64,000 bases of DNA from positions 224,001 to 288,000 of the forward strand of contig CAVYBH010000013.1 in assembly GCA_963766715.1 (NCBI GenBank), given 5' to 3'. This DNA is from an uncultured delta proteobacterium. GTDB taxonomy: Bacteria; Myxococcota; Myxococcia; Myxococcales; Anaeromyxobacteraceae. This document shows positions 30,141 through 43,773 of the stretch, one piece after another. A program made the position numbers and the translations under genes. The first letter of the stretch is position 1, and the number at the start of each line of letters is the position of its first letter. The notes below the pieces were generated by a model, which was not told the DNA's origin, searched no databases, and saw only the letters and a program-made list of their open reading frames with translations.

Positions 30141-31496
30141 TCAGCGCCCGGCGCGCGCGGCGTCCGGCTTCACCACGGCGAGGAGCCCAGCGAGGAGCGC
30201 CATCGCCGCGCCCGAACCGAGCGCGAGCCGCCAGCCCGCGACGAACGAGTCGCGGCCGCCGGCCTCGAAGAGCGCTCCTCCCAGGGCCACGCCGACGACC
30301 ATCCCCACGTTTCGCGCGGTGGCCAGCAGGCCTCCTCCAGCGCCCAGCTTGGCCCGGGGCAGCGCTCCCATGACGGCGCTGTTGTTCGGCGGCTGGAAGA
30401 AGCCCATGCCGGCCCCCTCCAGCGCCAGGCGGGCCACGATCGACGGCAGGGACGAGGCGGCATCGGCGAGCGACAGGGAGACGAGCCCGGCCGCGAGCAT
30501 GGCGCCGCCCACGACCTGGGGAATCCGCGGCCCGAACCGGTCGGAGAACCATCCGGCGATGGGCGAGCTCACCATGAGCGCGATGGGAACCACCGTCAGC
30601 ACCGCGCCGAGCCCCGCCGCCCCGAAGCCCTTCACCTCGGAGAGGAAGAAGGGCGACAGCAGGGTCTGGTGGAAGAGGGCCGCGTAGGAGAGCGTGGCGG
30701 CCAGCAAGCCGAGCGACACGGTGCGGTCCCGGAACAGCTCCGGGTCCACGAGCGGCGCCGCGGCGCCGCGCTCGGCCCGCCAGAGGAGGAGGGTCGCGAC
30801 CGCCGCGACGCCCAGGAGCGCGAGCGCCCACGGCACGGAATGCGGCGCCACCTCGAGCGCGCCGATGGCCGCCGCGAGCGCCGCGCCGAACCCGAGCGCT
30901 CCGGCCCGGTCGAACGACGCGCCGCGCGCCGGGACGTCCGCGGGCAGGATCCGCGAGGCCCAGATGGCGCCGGCGACCCCCACCGGCAGGTTCACGAGGA
31001 AGACCGCCTTCCAGCCGAAGAAGGAGAGGATGGCCGCGCCCACCGGTGCACCGGCCGTCAACCCCGCGGCGACCACGCTCGACACCGCGCCGAGCGCCCG
31101 GCCCCGCCGGTCGGAGGGGAAGATGGAGGTGACGATGGCCGCGCCCATCGACATCATCGCGGTGGCCCCCAGCGCCTGCACCGCCCGCGCGGCCACGAGG
31201 ACCGGGAGCGACCAGGCGAAGCCGCAGAGGCCGGAGCCCAGCGTGAAGAGCAGGAGGCCGCCCACGTAGACCCGGCGGCGCCCGAGGACGTCGCCGAGCC
31301 GGCCCGCGGCGAGGAGCCCGGCGGAGGTGACGAGCAGGTAGGCGCTCACCACCAGCTCGACCTGGGTGATCGGCGCGCCGAAGGCTTCCCGGATCGAGGG
31401 GAGCGCCACGTTGACGATGCTCCCGTCGAGGGTGGCCATGAAGACCCCGACGGACACGGCGGAGAATCCCCACCACGGGGAGCGCTCGCGGCTCAC
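30141..31496 (-). CDS. MFS transporter, DHA2 (EmrB/QacA-like)
   Basis: FMATLDGSIVNVALP, GRLGD..GRRR, FQPPNN. Confidence 0.9.
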   Translation of the reverse strand: MSRERSPWWGFSAVSVGVFMATLDGSIVNVALPSIREAFGAPITQVELVVSAYLLVTSAGLLAAGRLGDVLGRRRVYVGGLLLFTLGSGLCGFAWSLPVLVAARAVQALGATAMMSMGAAIVTSIFPSDRRGRALGAVSSVVAAGLTAGAPVGAAILSFFGWKAVFLVNLPVGVAGAIWASRILPADVPARGASFDRAGALGFGAALAAAIGALEVAPHSVPWALALLGVAAVATLLLWRAERGAAAPLVDPELFRDRTVSLGLLAATLSYAALFHQTLLSPFFLSEVKGFGAAGLGAVLTVVPIALMVSSPIAGWFSDRFGPRIPQVVGGAMLAAGLVSLSLADAASSLPSIVARLALEGAGMGFFQPPNNSAVMGALPRAKLGAGGGLLATARNVGMVVGVALGGALFEAGGRDSFVAGWRLALGSGAAMALLAGLLAVVKPDAARAGR

Positions 31497-32701
31497 GTCC
31501 GGGCTCCCTGGAGCCTCGGCAGCGCCACCCGGAAGGCCAGGCTGGCGGCGAGCACCGCCAGCGCGCCGGAGAGCAGCGTCCGGGGGACGCCGAAGCGGGC
31601 CGCCGCGATCCCGCCGGCCAGCGCGCCGAAGGGGGCCATGCCCACGAAGAGCGTCGAGAAGAGTCCCATCATCCGGCCGCGCATCCCGGCCGGCGAGGCC
31701 GACTGCAGGAACATCATGGTCCCGGCGGTCTGGGTGACGTAGCCGAAGCCGGCGACCGTGAGCGCCGCGGCGGTGAGCCACGGGGAGCGGGACAGGGCGG
31801 CGCCCAGGATCCCGGCGCCGAGGAGGGCCGCGCCCACGCCGGCCCGCCGCTCCAGCCCCGCCACGTCCGCGCGGACGAGCAGGAGGATGCCGCCGCCGAG
31901 CGCGCCGACGCCGGCAGCCGACTGGAGCACGCCGAAGAGCTCCGGCCCGCCCCCGAGGACCTCCGAGGCCAGCGCCGGCAGGAGCGCCACGTAGGACATC
32001 CCGAAGAGGCTCGAGGACGCGAGGAGCCCCAGGATCCCGCGGACCACGGGCGCGCGCCACGCCCAGGCGAACCCGGCCCGTAAGTGAGGTCCCGGCTGGC
32101 GCGGGGCGGGGCGGAAGGGCGGAAGCTCCATGACGACGAGCGCGCGGATCGTCCCGAGGAAGGAGAGCGCGTTCACCGCGAAGGCCCAGCCCTCCCCCAC
32201 CGCGGCCACGAGCAGGCCGGCCAGCGCAGGACCGACGATGCGGGCCCCGTTCACGATGGTGGAGTTGAGGGCGAGCGCGTTCGGCATGTCCTCGCCGGCG
32301 ATCTCCCCGAGCAGCGCCTGCCGGGCCGGGATCTCGAAGGCGTAGGTCATCCCCAGCATGAAGGAGAGCGGGAGCAGCATCCAGGCCTGGACCCACCCGC
32401 CCAGCGTGAGGACGGAGAGCAGGACGGCCTGGGCGAGCGCGTTGGCCTGCGTCACGAGCACGATGCGGCGGCGCGGCAGCCGGTCGGCGAGGGAGCCGGC
32501 CCATGCGCCGAAGAGGAAGGTGGGGATCTGGGAGAGGAAGCCGATGAGGCCGAGCATCCCCGCCGAGCCGGTGAGCCGCCAGACGAGCCAGCCCTGCGCC
32601 ACCGACTGCATCCAGGTGCCCACCAGCGAGACCGCCTGTCCGCCGAAGAAGAGTCGGAGGTTGCGGTGCTCCAGCGCTCGGAGCGGACGGGGCCACGGCA
32701 T
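31493..32701 (-). CDS. MFS transporter (MFS_3 type)
   Basis: RLFF.GQ.VSL.GTWMQ.VAQ.WLV, GSLADR, P.RQA, RGRMMG. Confidence 0.9.
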   Translation of the reverse strand: MPWPRPLRALEHRNLRLFFGGQAVSLVGTWMQSVAQGWLVWRLTGSAGMLGLIGFLSQIPTFLFGAWAGSLADRLPRRRIVLVTQANALAQAVLLSVLTLGGWVQAWMLLPLSFMLGMTYAFEIPARQALLGEIAGEDMPNALALNSTIVNGARIVGPALAGLLVAAVGEGWAFAVNALSFLGTIRALVVMELPPFRPAPRQPGPHLRAGFAWAWRAPVVRGILGLLASSSLFGMSYVALLPALASEVLGGGPELFGVLQSAAGVGALGGGILLLVRADVAGLERRAGVGAALLGAGILGAALSRSPWLTAAALTVAGFGYVTQTAGTMMFLQSASPAGMRGRMMGLFSTLFVGMAPFGALAGGIAAARFGVPRTLLSGALAVLAASLAFRVALPRLQGART

Positions 32702-32759
32702 GGGCGGCGCAGCTTACCCGCTTTGCCGGGGGGGCCGGGCCCGTTATGTTCGCGCGCCC

Positions 32760-34159
32760 GTGAAGCCCTCCCTGCCCGTCCGCGCCGAGGTGCGCGCGCT
32801 CGTCCGCCTGGCCGTCCCGCTCGCGCTCGCGAACGCGGGGCAGTCGCTCATGGGCGTGGTGGACGCGGCCGTGGTCGGGCGGGCCGGCGCGACGCAGCTG
32901 GCCGGCGTGGGGCTCGGCGCCCTCCTCTTCTTCGCCGTCTCGGTGCTCGCCATGGGCACGATGATGGGGCTCGACCCGCTCGTGTCGCAGGCCTTCGGAT
33001 CCGGCGACGCCCGGCGGGCCCGCCACTTCCTCTGGCAAGGGGCGTGGATGGCGCTGGCCCTCGGCGTCGTGCTCGCCGTGCCCCTCGCCTTCGTCCCGCT
33101 CGCCCTCCAGCCGCTGGGGATCGCGCCGGACGTGGCGGCCCAGGCCTCCGGGCACCTGCTCGCGCGACTCCCCAGCCTGCCCGCCCTCCTCTTCTTCTTC
33201 GCCGCCCGATCCTACATGCAGGGGGCGAACGCCCCGCGCGCGGTGGTCCTCTCGGCGGTGCTGGCGAACCTCGTCAACTTCGCCCTCGACGTCCTGCTCG
33301 TCTTCGGCGGCGCCGACCTGCCCGCCTGGGCGGGGGCCCTGCGGCAGCTCCCGCCCCTGGGCGCCCTCGGGTCGGGCATCGCCACCTCGGTCGCCACCTG
33401 GCTCCAGGCCGCCTTCGTGGCCTGGGCGGCGGGCCGCATCCCCGTCGAGGGTTCGTTCGTCCGGCGCCCCGTGCTCGAGGAGATGCGCCTGGCCGCCCGC
33501 GTGGGCGCGCCCATCGGCCTCCACATGGGCGCCGAGGTCGGCGTGTTCGCGCTGGTGGGGTTCATCGCCGGCCGGCTCGGCGCGGTTCCGATGGCGGCCC
33601 ACCAGGTCGCCCTCGTGATCGCCTCCTTCTCCTTCAACGCGGCGGTGGGGATCGGCAACGCCGGGTCGGTCCGGGTCGGGTGGGCGGTCGGCTCGCGCGA
33701 CACCCCGGGTGCGCGCCGCGCCGGCCTGGTCGCCTTCGGGACCGGAGCCGCCGTGATGTCGGCCTGGGGGCTCGCCTTCCTCCTCTTCCCCGGCGTCTTC
33801 GCGCGCCTCATGAGCAACGACCCGGAGATCGTGGCCGTCGCCACGCCGCTGCTCCGCGTGGCCGGCGTGTTCCAGGTCTCGGACGGCATCCAGGCGGTCG
33901 GGGCCGGGGTCCTGCGGGGCGCCGGGGACACCCGGTTCACCCTGTGGGCCAACCTGATCGGCCACTGGGCGCTCGGCATGCCCGCGGCGCTCGGGCTCGG
34001 GCTCGCGCTGGGCTTCGGCGTCACCGGCCTGTGGTGGGGATCTGCTCATCGGGCTGTCCGCCGTGGCCCTCGCCCTCTATTTCCGCTTCCGCCGGGTCTC
34101 GTCCCGGCGAGATCGTCCCGATCCAGGAGAAGCGGGCCCGATCCGCCGCGCCCGCCTGA
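32760..34159 (+). CDS. MATE family efflux transporter (3' frameshifts)
   Basis: LAVP..LAN..Q, SQAFG, AAHQVA, FQVSDGIQAV..G.LRGAGDTR. Confidence 0.9.
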
Positions 34160-34162
34160 CCG

Positions 34163-34596
34163 GTGCGCCTCTCCCTTCCCCAGCCCTGGGAGGAGATCTC
34201 CCACACCGCCGACGTCGGCATCGCCGCGCGCGGCGACACGCCCGAGGAGGCGCTCGCCCGGCTGGTCCTCGCGCTCGGCGCGCTCCTCGCCGGGGGCGGG
34301 GCGGTGGCCGAGGACCGCGTCGAGGAATGACTGTCCGTGAAGGCTCGGACCTGGCGCAGACCGCGGTGGCGGTCCTCCGGGAGGTGCTCTACCGCTGCGT
34401 CACGGCGCGGACCCTCCCGTGCGGCTGCGAGGTCCTCTCGCTGCGTCCCGGGGAGGCGCGGCTGGTGGTCGCGACGGGGCCGCGCGATCCCGTGCGTCAC
34501 GCCGAGGGGGCCGACGTGAAGGCCGTCACCTGGCACGCGGCGCGCCTCGAGCCGGACGGCGGAGGCTGGCGCGCGCAGGTGATTCTCGACGTGTAG
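34163..34596 (+). CDS. Archease (SHS2-domain RtcB cofactor), frameshift near 34327
   Basis: Hand translation: WEEISHTADVGI.A.G.TPEEA ... VKAVTWH ... AQVILDV; directly upstream of rtcB. Confidence 0.85.
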
Positions 34597-34605
34597 GATG
34601 ATCGC

Positions 34606-36044
34606 GTGCAGCTGCGGCGCGTCCACGACTGGCTCTGGGAGATCCCGCGCGAGGGAGGCATGCGCGTCCCGGGTCGCGTCTACTCGGACGGGATGCCCGC
34701 GCCGGACGATCCCGCGCTCCGGCAGGTGGCGAACGTGGCCTTCCTGCCGGGCATCGTGACGGCCTCGCTGGCCATGCCCGACATGCACTGGGGCTACGGA
34801 TTCCCCATCGGCGGGGTGGCCGCCGTCGATCCGGACGAGGGCGCGATCTCCCCGGGCGGGGTGGGCTACGACATCAACTGCGGCGTCCGCCTGGTCGCCA
34901 CCCGGCTCGACGCCGACGAGCTCCGCCCCCGCCTCCACGAGGCGCTCGCGCAGCTCTTCCGCGACGTGCCCACCGGCGTGGGGTCGAGCGCGGCGATTCC
35001 CCGCCTCTCGCTGCGCGACCTCGATCAGGTCCTGGTCCAGGGCGCCCGCTGGGCCTTCTCCCGGGGCTACGCCGCCTCGGCGAGCGACCTCGAGCACTGC
35101 GAGGAGGGAGGCGCCCTGGGTGGCGCCGATCCCGCGGCGGTGAGCGACCGCGCCCACGAGCGCGGCGCCGACCAGCTGGGCACGCTGGGGAGCGGGAACC
35201 ACTTCCTCGAGCTGGACGTCGTGGCGGAGGTCTTCGACGAGCCCGCCGCGACCGCCTTCGGCCTGCGGCCCGGGGACGTCGCGGTCCAGATCCACTCCGG
35301 GTCGCGAGGGCTGGGGTACCAGGTGTGCGACGAGGCCATCGCCGCGCTGGCGCCGGCCATGGGGCGCCACGGGCCCGCGTACGCGGCCATCCCGGATCCC
35401 CAGCTGGCCTGCGCGCCGGTCCGCAGCCCGGCCGGCGAGGCGTATCTCGCCGCCATGTCGGCGGCCGCCAACTTCGCCTGGGCGAACCGCCAGGTGATGA
35501 CGGGGCTCTCGGTGCGCGCGCTGTGCCGGTCGCTCTCCCTCTCGGAGGGCGACCTCCGCGCCCGCGTGGTCTACGACGTCTGCCACAACGTGGCCAAGCA
35601 CGAGGAGCACGGGTCGACGGGCGGCCGCGGCGCCTGCTGGTCCACCGCAAGGGAGCGACCCGCGCCTTCGGGCCGGGCGATCCCCGCGTCCCGGCCGCCT
35701 ACCGGGCCGTCGGGCAGCCCGTGCTCATCCCCGGCGACATGGGGCGCTGCTCGTACGTGCTCTGCGGCGCCGCCGGTGCGATGGAGCAGACCTTCGGCAG
35801 CTCCTGCCACGGGGCCGGCCGCGTCCTCTCCCGCCACCAGGCCATGAAGCAGGCCCGGGGCCGCTCCATCCACCGGGAGCTCGCCGACCGCGGCATCGAG
35901 GTCATCTCCCGCGGCAAGAAGACGCTCGCCGAGGAGATGAGCGAGGCCTACAAGGACGTCACGCGCGTGGTTCGAGTGGTGGAGAAGGCCGGGCTCTCCC
36001 GGCTGGTGGCGCGGCTCGAGCCGATGGGCGTGATCAAGGGCTAG
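34606..36044 (+). CDS. rtcB: RNA ligase RtcB (long, archease-associated type), frameshift near 35610
   Basis: MPDMHWGYGFPIGG, GYDINCG, GTLGSGNHFLE, HSGSRG, HN.AK, HRKGAT, SCHGAGR, EE...AYKD. Confidence 0.95.
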
Positions 36045-36854
36045 ATGGCCGATCCCTTCCAGCTTCCCGTCACCGCCTGGTCCCGGCTCCACCTGGTCGA
36101 GTTCACCGACATGCCCGGGCTGGCGCGCCCGCTCCGGCGGTGGCTGGGCGACTACCTCCGCGGCATCGTCACCCTCACCCGGCTCTTCGAGCCGGCCGCG
36201 CCCCGCATCGCCGACCTCCTGCGCGCCACCGGGGGCGACCGCGTCGTCGACCTCTGCTCGGGGGCCGGGGGACCGTGGCCCGCGCTGGCCGGCCCGGTGG
36301 AGGCGGCGCTGGGGCGGCCGGTCCGGGTGCTGCTCACCGACCTCCACCCCGACTTCGAGACCTGGCGCTGGCTCGAGGCCTCGACCCCGACGCGCGTCTC
36401 CGGCCATCCCGGGTCCGTGCCCGCGGACGACGTCCCCGCCGCCCTTCCCGGGGTTCGCACCCTCTTCGACGGCCTCCACCACCTGCCGCCCGACGCGGCC
36501 CGCGCCGTCCTCGCCGACGCGGCACGCCACGGGGTCCCGCTCGTCGCCGCCGAGGCGGTGGAGCGGAGCGCCATCGGGCTCGCGGGCGTGCTCTTCTCCC
36601 CGCTGCTCGTCTGGGCGGTCACGCCGTTCCTCCGGCCCGTCTCGATCCCGCGCCTCCTCCTCACGTACGCCGTCCCGCTCGTGCCGCTGATGGTGCTCTG
36701 GGACGGGATCGTGTCGGTGCTCCGCTGCTACCGGCCGGAGGAGTTGCGCGCGCTCACCGCCGGGCTCGACGACGGCTACGACTGGCGAGTCGAGCGGGTG
36801 CGGCGACGGGGGCCGGCGGCGACCCTCCTGGTGGGTACCCCTCGATCCCGCTGA
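36045..36854 (+). CDS. Class I SAM-dependent methyltransferase-like membrane protein
   Basis: [36 protein letters not shown]. Confidence 0.75.
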   Translation: MADPFQLPVTAWSRLHLVEFTDMPGLARPLRRWLGDYLRGIVTLTRLFEPAAPRIADLLRATGGDRVVDLCSGAGGPWPALAGPVEAALGRPVRVLLTDLHPDFETWRWLEASTPTRVSGHPGSVPADDVPAALPGVRTLFDGLHHLPPDAARAVLADAARHGVPLVAAEAVERSAIGLAGVLFSPLLVWAVTPFLRPVSIPRLLLTYAVPLVPLMVLWDGIVSVLRCYRPEELRALTAGLDDGYDWRVERVRRRGPAATLLVGTPRSR

Positions 36855-36876
36855 CGGGGCGGGTTATTCGAAACGG

Positions 36877-39043
<2,167 letters not shown>

Positions 39044-39056
39044 GCGGCTGAACGGC

Positions 39057-39827
39057 TCACCGCCCGGTGGCGCGTCTCACCGCGTCCCGGGCCACTCCCG
39101 GGACGTTGCTGACGAGGGCGTCGACCCCCATCGCCGCGAGCCGCTCGACCTCGTCGGGGACGTCGACCGTCCAGACGAGGACTCGCAGGCCCGTCCGGTG
39201 CCAGGACGCCATCCGGCTCGCCGTCACCAGCTGCCGGGCCGGGTGGACGGCCGCCGGGCGGAGCGCCCGGATCGCGGCGGCGGCGCGGGCCAGCCAGAGC
39301 GCGCCCGGCTCGACGAGCGTCCCGGTCGCCACGTCCGGCGCCAGCGCACGGAAGGCGGCCAGCAGGGCCACGCTGAACGAGGAGACCACCACGCGCGCCT
39401 CGGCCCCCCGCTGCCGGATCGTCCGGACGACCTCGGCCGCCAGGCCCGGATCGGGCACGAGGCCCGACTTCAGCTCGACGTTCACGACCGCCGAGGGGAA
39501 CAGGTCGAGCACCTCGGAGAGCGTCGGGATGCGTTCGCCCCGGAACGCCTCGCCCCGCCACCGCCCGACGTCGAGCTCCCGGAGGAGCGGGAGCGGCGTC
39601 CGGGTCACGCGAAGCGGGGACTGCCCCGTGCGCGAGGCCTCCTCGTCGTGGATGACCACCGCCTCCCCGCTGCCGCAGCGCCACACGTCGAGCTCGAAGC
39701 CGTCGGCGCCCTGGTCCATGGCGAGGCGAAAGGCGGCGAGGGTGTTCTCCGGCGCGTCGGCGCTGGCGCCGCGGTGGCCGAGGACGAGCGGACGTCCGTC
39801 GATGGAAGGGAAGTTCGGAGGGCTCAC
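39057..39827 (-). CDS. Glycerophosphodiester phosphodiesterase
   Basis: GHRGAS..APENTL.AF, ELDV, HD, NVELK, SSF, WTVD. Confidence 0.92.
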   Translation of the reverse strand: MSPPNFPSIDGRPLVLGHRGASADAPENTLAAFRLAMDQGADGFELDVWRCGSGEAVVIHDEEASRTGQSPLRVTRTPLPLLRELDVGRWRGEAFRGERIPTLSEVLDLFPSAVVNVELKSGLVPDPGLAAEVVRTIRQRGAEARVVVSSFSVALLAAFRALAPDVATGTLVEPGALWLARAAAAIRALRPAAVHPARQLVTASRMASWHRTGLRVLVWTVDVPDEVERLAAMGVDALVSNVPGVARDAVRRATGR

Positions 39828-39870
39828 GGCGCGGTGGCGCGTTCGGGGTGCGACGGGTATGCTACCGCCC

Positions 39871-40122
39871 ATGCGACTCGGTTTCGGCGAGATTCTCATC
39901 ATCCTCGTCGTCGTCCTGCTGATCTTCGGGGCGAACAAGATTCCCCAGCTCGGCGACGCGCTGGGCAAGGGCATCAAGAACTTCCGGAAGGCCACCGGGG
40001 GCGAGGACGACTCCATCGACGTCACGCCGCCCAAGGCCGACGCCGAGAAGCTCTCGTCCCCGGAGCGCCCCGCTGCGCCACAGTCGCAGCAGGCGGCCCC
40101 CTCCGAGTCGAAGAAGGTCTAG
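39871..40122 (+). CDS. tatA: Twin-arginine translocase subunit TatA/E
   Basis: [43 protein letters not shown]7-ATG. Confidence 0.95.
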   Translation: MRLGFGEILIILVVVLLIFGANKIPQLGDALGKGIKNFRKATGGEDDSIDVTPPKADAEKLSSPERPAAPQSQQAAPSESKKV

Positions 40123-40892
40123 GTCGACCGCCGTCCCCGGCGTCCGCCCCGCTCCTCCGCCAGCTTCCTGGCCGCCTCCCGCACCGCGGGGTGCAGCGTG
40201 CCGTCGTCCGCCATCTCCTCCACCTCCCGCGCCGGCAGGGTGGGCAGGATGTGAAGCGCGATCTCGGTCTCGACGAAGGGATTCCTGGCCAGCGCGCGGC
40301 GCACCGCCGACCGGCTTCGCCAGCGCCGGTCCTCGTGGAGCGCCCGGAGGGTCTCCGGCCGGGCCGGCCGGCGCGCGGCGATCCGGACCGCCTCCGCCTC
40401 GGTGACGAGCGGGTTGCGGAGCAGTTCCCGGACCACCGACGGGTCCCCTTCCGCCGCCAGGCGCGCCAGGAGATCGGGGTCGCGCCGCAGCCGGGCGAAG
40501 GCCTTCTTGTGTCCGAGCGAGAGGCGGGCGGCCACGGGGTCCGCCTTGTCGCGCGGCTCCTCGAACGACCGGCGGGGGCGCGGCGAGAGGAACAGCGCGG
40601 CGACGTGCGGCAGGTCGCGTCCGCGCGCCTCGGCGTAGACCGCCGTCCGCCACTCGTAGTCGATGACCGAATCCGGGGCGAGGAGCGCCTGCCCCACCGC
40701 TGCGATGGCGGCCGTTCCCCAGTCCTCGGTGCCGCCCGCCACGAGCGCCGCGAGCAGCTCCACGGCCGGCCCGGGTTCGAGGCGAGCCAGGTGGCGCCCC
40801 GCCGCCCCCGCGCGGATGGCGCCCTCCTCCAGCGCGGCCAGTCGCAAGGCGAACGCCTCGGCCGCCGCCCGCGCTTTGCCGCCCGCGGCCAC
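40119..40892 (-). CDS. Hypothetical alpha-helical (LRV/HEAT-like) protein
   Basis: [28 protein letters not shown] repeats. Confidence 0.65.
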   Translation of the reverse strand: MAAGGKARAAAEAFALRLAALEEGAIRAGAAGRHLARLEPGPAVELLAALVAGGTEDWGTAAIAAVGQALLAPDSVIDYEWRTAVYAEARGRDLPHVAALFLSPRPRRSFEEPRDKADPVAARLSLGHKKAFARLRRDPDLLARLAAEGDPSVVRELLRNPLVTEAEAVRIAARRPARPETLRALHEDRRWRSRSAVRRALARNPFVETEIALHILPTLPAREVEEMADDGTLHPAVREAARKLAEERGGRRGRRST

Positions 40893-40894
40893 GG

Positions 40895-42293
40895 TCAGCG
40901 GCCCGGCGCGGGAACCGGCTCGACGCGGAAGCGGATGGCGCCGACGTCGCCGTCGGGACGGGGGAGGACCACGAGGAAGGGCTCGATCCTGCCCGGGCTC
41001 GAGCCGCGGGGCCGCGCGCGAGCGGATCTCTCCCCGCAGGCGCTCCAGCTCCTCCGCGGTGGAGATGCTCGCCAGCTCCTCCGGACGGGGCACCGCGCCG
41101 GCGAGGCCCGTCGCCTCTCCCAGGCGGGTACCCGCCGCGCACGAGCTCGACGCGGACCGCCACCGGCCCCTCGACGGGAGCGCGGGTCGCTCGCACCACC
41201 CCGCGCACGAAGAGGACCCGGTGCCCGCGAGAGCCCTCGTACAGGCCGCTCGAGACCTGGCCGGTCTCGACGTCGGCCGGGCGGGCGGCTCCGGGCCAGC
41301 GAAGCCCGGCGCCGACTCCCTCTCCCCGCCACCACACCAGGATCCCGGCGGTCAGGACGAGGAGCACGGCGAGCGAGAGCACGTTCATCGCGAGCACCCG
41401 GATGCGCGGGGCGCGAGGCGGCGGATGGGCGGGTGCGGCTGCCTCTGCTGCCGCCGGTGCCGCGGCCGCAGGCGCCGGCACCCGGTCCGGCGCCTGCGGC
41501 TCGGGGAGGGAAGCACCGGCGCGCTGTGCCACCACGGGCGGGGGCTCGGGCGGAGGCGCAGGCCGCCGCGACGTCGAGGGGGGCGTGGGCTCGGGCTCGA
41601 TGGGATCGAAATCGGGGTCCGGGGGCGCGGCGCCCGCCGCCAGGTCGACCTCCTGGAAGCCGTCCATCCCCACCGCCACGGCGTTCGTGGGCTCGGGCTC
41701 GTCCCAGCGCGGGGCGCCGTCCCGGATCGGCATCGCCGCCGGCGTCCGCTCCTCGAGCGAGAGTCCGCCCATCGAGAAGTCGGGCTCCGGCGGCTCCCGC
41801 CCGGCGAGCGGGATCGCGCCCGTGCGCTCCAGGTCGGAGAGGCTCGTCACCGGGAGCGAACCGAGGAATCCGGATCGCTCCACGGGAGGGTCGAGGAGCG
41901 CGGGGCCGAACGGCGTGGGCTCGGGAGGCGCGAGGTCCGACGGGCCGGCGAAGGCGGCGAACGGGTCGCCTTCCAGCGAGGTCGCGGTGGGCGTCCCTGG
42001 GTCCGCGGGGCCGGGGCCACCCTGGAGATCCAGGACGCCGGTGGGCCATCCTCCCGTCCCCGTGGCCTCGGAGGTGGTGTGGAGCGGCGTCGGCTCGGGG
42101 TCGAAAGACCCGATTCGGGGGTTCAGGTGGGGGGGCGGAGGAGGTGGGGGGGAGGTGGCGGCGGGGGAGGCGGCGCCAGGCTGACCGCGAAGGTCTGGCC
42201 GCACCTCGAGCAACGGACCCGCGCGCCGCGCGGACCGACCTTCTCATCGGCGACCCGGAACCGGGCGCTGCACGCGGAGCAAGCGACGATCAT
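40895..42293 (-). CDS. Zinc-ribbon (MJ0042 finger) protein with a Pro-rich linker, TM helix and DUF3426-like domain (frameshifted)
   Basis: MIVACSACSARFRV.D.K....G..VRCSRC...F; TM helix; C-terminal L.PGQ..PF.VV. Confidence 0.75.
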
Positions 42294-42338
42294 GCCGTGA
42301 TTCCAGCGATCCTGGCTGAACCTTAGCACCCGCCCCCC

Positions 42339-42381
42339 TTGACACCAAGGTTCGCGCCGAGAACAATGCCGCACTGCGGCA
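42339..42381 (+). promoter_or_regulatory. phaR promoter with a palindromic PhaR-box-like operator
   Basis: TTGACA-N17-AACAAT overlapping TGCCGCA-C-TGCGGCA (42367-42381). Confidence 0.65.
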
Positions 42382-42412
42382 GGACTTCCCACGCGAGGGG
42401 CCCGGACTCCAG

Positions 42413-42973
42413 ATGACCGACCAGCAGACGGCGAGCGCGGACGCGACCTCGATGGGGCGTGAACCGAAGGTGATCAAGCGGTACGCGAACCGGAAACTCT
42501 ACGACACCGTCGAGTCACGTTACGTCACATTGGAAGAGATCGCCGAGATGGTGAAGGCCGGCGCCGAGGTGCGGATCATCGACAACCGCACCAAGGAGGA
42601 TCTCACCAGCGTGACCCTGGCCCAGATCATCTTCGAGGAGGAGAAGAAGACCTCCAAGATGAGCCTCCGCACGCTCAAGGACCTCATCCGCCACGGCGGA
42701 GAGCGGGCCCAGCAGTTCGTCGAGGAGGCCCAGGCCGACCTGCGGGAGAAGGTGCAGGTGCTCATCCCGAAGGTCCAGGCCACCGGGGATCGCGCCAAGG
42801 ATCTCGTGGCTGCCTCCCAGGAGGCCGTGGCCCAGTTCCAGCGTCGCGTCGACGATCGGGTCCGCGCCACCGTGGACGGGATGGCCAACCTGCCCGAGCT
42901 CCGCAAGGATCTGCAGACGCTCACCGCCCGCCTCGAGGACCTCGAGCGGCGGCTGTCCGACCTCGACCGCTAG
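42413..42973 (+). CDS. phaR: PHA synthesis regulator PhaR-like DNA-binding protein with a phasin-like C-terminal coiled coil
   Basis: IKRYANRKLYDT..SRYVTL..I, D..T.EDLT...LAQII.EEE. Confidence 0.85.
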   Translation: MTDQQTASADATSMGREPKVIKRYANRKLYDTVESRYVTLEEIAEMVKAGAEVRIIDNRTKEDLTSVTLAQIIFEEEKKTSKMSLRTLKDLIRHGGERAQQFVEEAQADLREKVQVLIPKVQATGDRAKDLVAASQEAVAQFQRRVDDRVRATVDGMANLPELRKDLQTLTARLEDLERRLSDLDR

Positions 42974-43752
42974 GTCGGCCCCTGCCCGGCTCCGGCCGGT
43001 CCCAGATCAGTCGTGCGATCTCCGCGAGCGCGATGGCGCCGCTCGAGCGCGGCGCGTACTCGAAGATGGTCTGGCCGTGGCTCTGCGCCTCGTCGATCTT
43101 CACCGAGAACCCCAGCGGCGGCGGCCAGGCGATCGGGGAAGCGCTCGCGCAGCTTGGCCAGGATCTCCTCGGCGAGCTGCGTCTTCCGGTACAGGGTGGG
43201 CACGACCAGCGTGACCGCCGGGGCCCGTCCGGTCTCGGCCCGGAGCGCGTCGAGGCTGGCCAGGATCTCGGCGCACCCGTCGAGCGCCAGGTAGGTGAGC
43301 CCCACCGGCAGCACGACCTCCGTGGCGGCCCGGAGCACGTTCTCGGTGACGAGCGAGACCGACGGGGGCGCGTCGATGAGCACCGCGTCCCAGGAGCCCT
43401 CCGGCACGTCGTCGAGCCGGAGCCGGAGCCGGTCGGCCCGATCGGGGGAGCTCGCCACCTCCACCGGGAAGCCGGCCAGGTCCTTGTTGGCGGGGAGCAG
43501 GTCGAGGCCGGGCAGCGCGGTGGGGAGCGCCGCCTGCTTCACCGAAAGTGACTGCCCGACGAGCACGTCCCGGATGGTGGGAGAGAGGCCGCGGACGTCG
43601 ATGCCCAGCGCCTTCCCGGCGTGCCCCTGGGTGTCCAGGTCGGCGAGCAGGACCCGCTTGCCCCGCTGGCCGGCGATCCACGCGGCCGTGTTCACGCAGA
43701 GCGTGGTCTTGCAGGTGCCGCCCTTCTCGTTGACGAAGGCGATGCGCCGCAT
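42970..43752 (-). CDS. Orphan ParA family ATPase (frameshift near 43115)
   Basis: NEKGGTCKTT, DLD.QG, LIDAPPS, EAQSHG.TIFEYAP.S.GA; no parB nearby. Confidence 0.9.
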   Translation of the reverse strand: MRRIAFVNEKGGTCKTTLCVNTAAWIAGQRGKRVLLADLDTQGHAGKALGIDVRGLSPTIRDVLVGQSLSVKQAALPTALPGLDLLPANKDLAGFPVEVASSPDRADRLRLRLDDVPEGSWDAVLIDAPPSVSLVTENVLRAATEVVLPVGLTYLALDGCAEILASLDALRAETGRAPAVTLVVPTLYRKTQLAEEILAKLRERFPDRLAAAAGVLGEDRRGAEPRPDHLRVRAALERRHRARGDRTTDLGPAGAGQGPT

Positions 43753-43773
43753 GGGACGGGGCTCCGCGCCGCC

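Noticed and set aside
34325..34331. In-frame TGA in archease as selenocysteine or programmed recoding
   Set aside because: The protein continues in a different frame, not by read-through, consistent with the window-wide indel errors
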